Source: a bacterium
GTDB taxonomy: Bacteria > Sysuimicrobiota > Sysuimicrobiia > Sysuimicrobiales > Kaftiobacteriaceae
Assembly (NCBI GenBank): GCA_044868695.1
Contig: JBIOWP010000115.1
Coordinates: forward strand, 1 to 62,305
DNA: 62,305 bases
Direction: 5' to 3'
The notes under the pieces are model-generated. The model searched no databases. It was given only the letters and a program-made list of their open reading frames with translations, and was not told the origin of the DNA. Shown here piece by piece: positions 58,421-62,305 of the stretch; position 1 is the stretch's first letter; each line of letters begins with the position of its first letter. The translations under genes were made by a program, and so were the position numbers.

Positions 58421-60892
58421 ATGACAACTGAACTGGCTGAATACAAGCAGCGGCTGAAGATTTCTTCCCAGGACACCACGCTCGAGCGCGCGGTGACGTT
58501 CCACCGCGCCCGGGTCATGGAGGCCCGCGGGCAGTTCGACGACGCCGTGGCGGCGTACAAGAAGGTGCTCGAGTACGCGCCCGATGACGCCGTCGCCTAC
58601 GTGCGTCTGGCGTCCCTGTACGTCCAGCGCGGCGTGCCGCGCGCGGCGGTCATGGTGTACGTGGCCCTGGCCGAGATGTACGTCGCCAACGAGCGCTGGG
58701 AGAAAGCCGCGCACGCGTATGAGAAGTCGGTGGAACTAGCGCCCGACGACGCCGAGATCCACACCGCGGTGCGGGATGTGTATATCAAGCTCGGCCGGCT
58801 GCGGGAAGCGTCCAAGGTCCAGGAGCGCATCGACCGGATGGTCAACGTGCCGCGGCGAGGCGGCACCCAGGATGTGACCGACCAGGTGCTGCCGCGGATG
58901 CCGGCGCGGCCGAGCGGCCCGCCGAACGGCGAGCCGCCCGCGCCTGTGGCGCCGCCGCCTGCGGCGCAGTCGCCGGCCGCGCCCGCCGCACCCAAGACCG
59001 TTCCCCCGAAGGCCGAACCGCCGAAGGCGCCGCCCCGTCCCGAGGCGCCGCCCGCCGGGGACGGCAAAGGCCGCCCGACCGTGGAGCGCCCGCAGCCGCC
59101 GGTAAGGGGCCGTCCTGTTCCCACACCGGCCCGGCCGCAGCCCACCCCGCCGGCGAAGGAGCCCGAGCCCGCGGGGCGAGGCCGGCCGCGCCCGCGATCC
59201 GAGTCGCTGGGCCAGATCCTGCTTGACGAAAAGACGGTGACCCGGGAGCAGCTGGACAAGGCGATCCAGATGCAGCAGCGCTCCGGCGGCCACCTCGGCC
59301 GCATCCTGGTGGAGCAGGGCGCGCTCACCGAGCAGCAGCTCGCCAAAGTGCTCTCGGTCCAATGGGGCCTCCCGTACGTCGAGCTGGCTTCAGTCGAGAT
59401 TGACGCCGACGTCGTGAAGGTCGTTCCCCACTACCTGGCGCAGCGGCACAAGGTCCTGGCGATCGAGAAGACCAGGAAGAAGTTGAAGCTGGCCATCGCC
59501 GACCCGTTGAACGTGGTGGCCTTCGACGACGTGCGCCTGGTGACCGGCCTGGAGATCGACGCGGTCGTCGCCGCCGAGGAAGACATTGTGGCCGCCATCG
59601 GCCGCTACTACAGCGGCGGCGTCGACCTGGAAGAGGCGATGCGTCAGGCGGTCAGCACCGACGTGGAAGTGCCCGAAGCCGCCGTCGAGGACTTCTCCGT
59701 TGAGAAGCTGCGCACGCTGACCGAAGAGGCGCCGGTCGTCCGGCTGGTCAACCTCATCATCAGCCAGGCCATCGGCGACGGCGCCAGCGACATCCACATC
59801 GAACCTCACCGGCGGAGCGTCCAGGTCCGGTACCGCATCGACGGTCTGCTGCATGACGTGATGACGCCGCCGAAGTCGCTGCAGCAGGCGATCGGGTCGC
59901 GCATCAAGATCATGGCCAACCTCGACATCGCCGAGCGCCGGCTGCCGCAGGACGGACGTATCCATATCGTCATCGAAAACAAGGAGTACGACCTGCGTGT
60001 GTCCACTCTCCCGACGGTCTTCGGCGAGAAGGTCGTGATGCGCATCCTGGACCAGTCCAGCACCCGGCTGGGACTGGGGAAGCTGGGCTTCACGCCGGCG
60101 ATGCTGGAAGTGTGGGAGGGGCTGGCCGAAAAACCGTATGGGATGATCCTTGTCAGCGGCCCGACCGGCAGTGGCAAGACCACGACGCTGTACTCGACGC
60201 TGTACAAGATCAACACCACCGACCGCAACATCGTGACGGTCGAGGACCCGGTGGAGTACCAGCTGCCGCGGGTCAACCAGGTGCAGGTCAACCCCAAAGC
60301 GGGCCTGACGTTTGCCAACGGCCTGCGGTCATTCCTGCGCCAGGACCCCGACATCATCATGGTCGGAGAGATCCGCGACAAAGACACGGCCGAAATCGCG
60401 ATTCAAGCGTCGCTGACCGGCCACCTGGTCCTGTCGACCATCCACACCAACGACGCGCCCAGCGCGACGACCCGGCTGATCGACATGGGTGTGGAGCCAT
60501 TTTTGATCAGCTCCTCGGTGATCGGCGTCCTGGCGCAGCGCCTGGCGCGGACGATCTGTGCCCACTGCAAAGAGGCGTTCACCCCGCCCGTGGAAGCCCT
60601 GCACCGCCTTGGGCTCAAACCCGAGGAGGGCGAGGAGATCGTGTTCTACCGGGGCAAGGGGTGCGACCGCTGCAAGGGGTCAGGCTACAAGGGCCGGCTC
60701 GGTATCTTCGAACTGATGGTGATGAGCGAGGCTATCCGGGAACTCGTCCTGAAGGGGGCCTCGGCGGCCCAGATCCGCGACCAGGCCATCGCCGAGGGGA
60801 TGAAGACGCTCCCCGATGATGGTATCCTCAAGGTACTGGAAGGCGTCACCACGGTCGACGAGCTCCTGCGCGTGGTCTACGTCGAGCACTAG
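58421..60892 (+). CDS. pilB: PilB/GspE extension ATPase with N-terminal TPRs, Pro-rich linker and MshEN-like domain
   Basis: TPRs in about aa 20-140, LGQILL/LGRILV repeats, GASDIH, PQDGR, GPTGSGKTTT, RQDPD, CAHC/CDRC. Confidence 0.92.
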   Translation: MTTELAEYKQRLKISSQDTTLERAVTFHRARVMEARGQFDDAVAAYKKVLEYAPDDAVAYVRLASLYVQRGVPRAAVMVYVALAEMYVANERWEKAAHAYEKSVELAPDDAEIHTAVRDVYIKLGRLREASKVQERIDRMVNVPRRGGTQDVTDQVLPRMPARPSGPPNGEPPAPVAPPPAAQSPAAPAAPKTVPPKAEPPKAPPRPEAPPAGDGKGRPTVERPQPPVRGRPVPTPARPQPTPPAKEPEPAGRGRPRPRSESLGQILLDEKTVTREQLDKAIQMQQRSGGHLGRILVEQGALTEQQLAKVLSVQWGLPYVELASVEIDADVVKVVPHYLAQRHKVLAIEKTRKKLKLAIADPLNVVAFDDVRLVTGLEIDAVVAAEEDIVAAIGRYYSGGVDLEEAMRQAVSTDVEVPEAAVEDFSVEKLRTLTEEAPVVRLVNLIISQAIGDGASDIHIEPHRRSVQVRYRIDGLLHDVMTPPKSLQQAIGSRIKIMANLDIAERRLPQDGRIHIVIENKEYDLRVSTLPTVFGEKVVMRILDQSSTRLGLGKLGFTPAMLEVWEGLAEKPYGMILVSGPTGSGKTTTLYSTLYKINTTDRNIVTVEDPVEYQLPRVNQVQVNPKAGLTFANGLRSFLRQDPDIIMVGEIRDKDTAEIAIQASLTGHLVLSTIHTNDAPSATTRLIDMGVEPFLISSSVIGVLAQRLARTICAHCKEAFTPPVEALHRLGLKPEEGEEIVFYRGKGCDRCKGSGYKGRLGIFELMVMSEAIRELVLKGASAAQIRDQAIAEGMKTLPDDGILKVLEGVTTVDELLRVVYVEH

Positions 60893-60963
60893 CCCGCCTG
60901 GGACGCCCCAGCCATCTCCCACGACATGCTCGTCCGGCCGGGGGAGTAGGGGGTTGCCCGTCG

Positions 60964-62305
60964 ATGTCAGATGAGAGGTCCAGCCGTCACGCTGCGCCGG
61001 CCGGTGCAGGGCGCCGCCGGCGGCAGCTCGGGGACCTGCTGCTTGCCGAACAACTGATCACACCCGACCAGCTGAGCCGCGCCCTGGAGATCCACCGGGC
61101 GACCGGGGAGCGGTTGGGCCGCGTGCTCCTGGATATGGGGATCGTTGACCAGGAGCACATCGCGCGCCTGCTCAGCCAGCAGATCGGCATCGAGTTCGTG
61201 CACCTCACCGGCCAGCCGACGCCCGAGGAGATCCTCCAGATGCTGCCGGCCACTCATGCCAGCCGGCTTCAGGCGGTGCCCATTGCCAAGGACGATGGGG
61301 TGCTGACCGTGGCGATGGTGGATCCCCTCGATGTCGTCGCCATCGACGACATCCGGCGGTTGACCGGTCTGGATGTCAAAGTCGCCGTCACCACCGTCCG
61401 CGACTTCCAGTACGCGCTCAATCAATATCCCGCGCTCGACGCTACCGACGAACTGGTACGCGACCTCCCGCGCCCCCAGGTCATCGACCAGGAGATGTCC
61501 CTCGATCGCCTGCGGCGGCTCGCCGACGAGCAGCCGGTCGTACGGCTGGTGAACCGCCTGGTCGAGGAGGCTGTCCGCAAACGCGCCAGCGATATCCACG
61601 TCGAGCCGCAGGAAAAGCACATCCGCGTCCGCTACCGCATCGACGGCGTGCTGCTCACCCGGGGCTCGCTGCCCGACTATGTGCAGGCACAGGTGGTGTC
61701 CCGGGTCAAGATCATGGCAAACATGGACATCGCCGAGCGGCGCGTGCCGCAGGACGGCAGCTTCCAGACCCGGGTGGACGGGCGGGCGATCGACGTCCGC
61801 GTGTCCACGATCCCATCGTTCTACGGCGAGAAGGCCGTGCTGCGGCTGCTGGACAAGTCCGCGCCGATCTATGATCTGGACAAGCTGGGGCTGTCGGCGT
61901 CCAACATCGAGCGGCTGCGCCGGGTGATCCGCCGGCCTCAGGGCATCTTCCTGCTCACCGGACCCACCGGGAGCGGGAAGACCACGACGCTGTACGCGAT
62001 TCTCAACGAGCTGAACAGCGAGCAGGTCAATATCGTGACCGTGGAAGACCCGGTGGAGTACCAGATCGCGGGGATCACGCAGATGCAGGTGAACGTGCGG
62101 GCGGGGGTGACGTTTGCGTCGGCGCTGCGGCACTTCCTGCGGCAGGACCCCGACATCATCATGGTGGGGGAGGTGCGTGACCAGGAGACGGCGCGGATCG
62201 CGATCCAGGCGGCGCTGACGGGGCACCTGGTGCTGAGCACGCTGCACACCAACGACGCGCCGGGCGCGATCACGCGGCTGCTGGATATGGGGATCGAGCC
62301 GTACC
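60964..62305 (+). CDS. Second PilB/GspE ATPase with MshEN-like N-terminus (partial, runs off the window)
   Basis: My translation from ATG 60964: MSDERSS...QLGDLLL...RLGRVLLDMG, ASDIH, PQDG, GPTGSGKTTT, RQDPD; absent from the ORF track because it has no stop in the window. Confidence 0.9.
   Translation, partial: MSDERSSRHAAPAGAGRRRRQLGDLLLAEQLITPDQLSRALEIHRATGERLGRVLLDMGIVDQEHIARLLSQQIGIEFVHLTGQPTPEEILQMLPATHASRLQAVPIAKDDGVLTVAMVDPLDVVAIDDIRRLTGLDVKVAVTTVRDFQYALNQYPALDATDELVRDLPRPQVIDQEMSLDRLRRLADEQPVVRLVNRLVEEAVRKRASDIHVEPQEKHIRVRYRIDGVLLTRGSLPDYVQAQVVSRVKIMANMDIAERRVPQDGSFQTRVDGRAIDVRVSTIPSFYGEKAVLRLLDKSAPIYDLDKLGLSASNIERLRRVIRRPQGIFLLTGPTGSGKTTTLYAILNELNSEQVNIVTVEDPVEYQIAGITQMQVNVRAGVTFASALRHFLRQDPDIIMVGEVRDQETARIAIQAALTGHLVLSTLHTNDAPGAITRLLDMGIEPY

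Overview
High-GC bacterial chromosomal region of mostly core genes, with no integrase, transposase, prophage or CRISPR. T-boxes and a Bacillota-like gene order suggest a Terrabacteria lineage such as Armatimonadota/Sysuimicrobiota (inference only). In order: a two-component pair; an unusual Rieske/cytochrome b operon; polyprenyl synthase, tatAC, radC-mreBCD-mrdA-rodA-rng, rplU-rpmA-obgE-nadD-rsfS; a Leu T-box ahead of ilvE-leuS; comEA and an ECF sigma/anti-sigma/RseB module; polyamine genes; a split Liv-type ABC/acyl-CoA ligase locus; rpsU; alaS-ruvX-mltG; pilT; and a c-di-GMP-I riboswitch operon (SigB/F-type sigma, MerR, two Roadblock proteins, two PilB ATPases). Best candidate for a new system: two complementary cytochrome b paralogs. 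One keeps a Qo-like motif but has lost both heme bH ligands. The other keeps all four heme His, lacks PEWY, is fused to a 2x[4Fe-4S] domain and is followed by an MvhD-type [2Fe-2S] protein. This suggests an asymmetric heterodimer wiring quinol oxidation to a cytoplasmic Fe-S chain. Second highlight: an intact tRNA-Ala(GGC) nested inside Stem III of the Leu T-box, while the alaS leader is an ultrashort-Stem-I T-box with a GCC specifier read by that same tRNA. Palindromic 7-9-nt tandem-repeat hairpins have inserted into spacers, both T-boxes and the leuS coding sequence.
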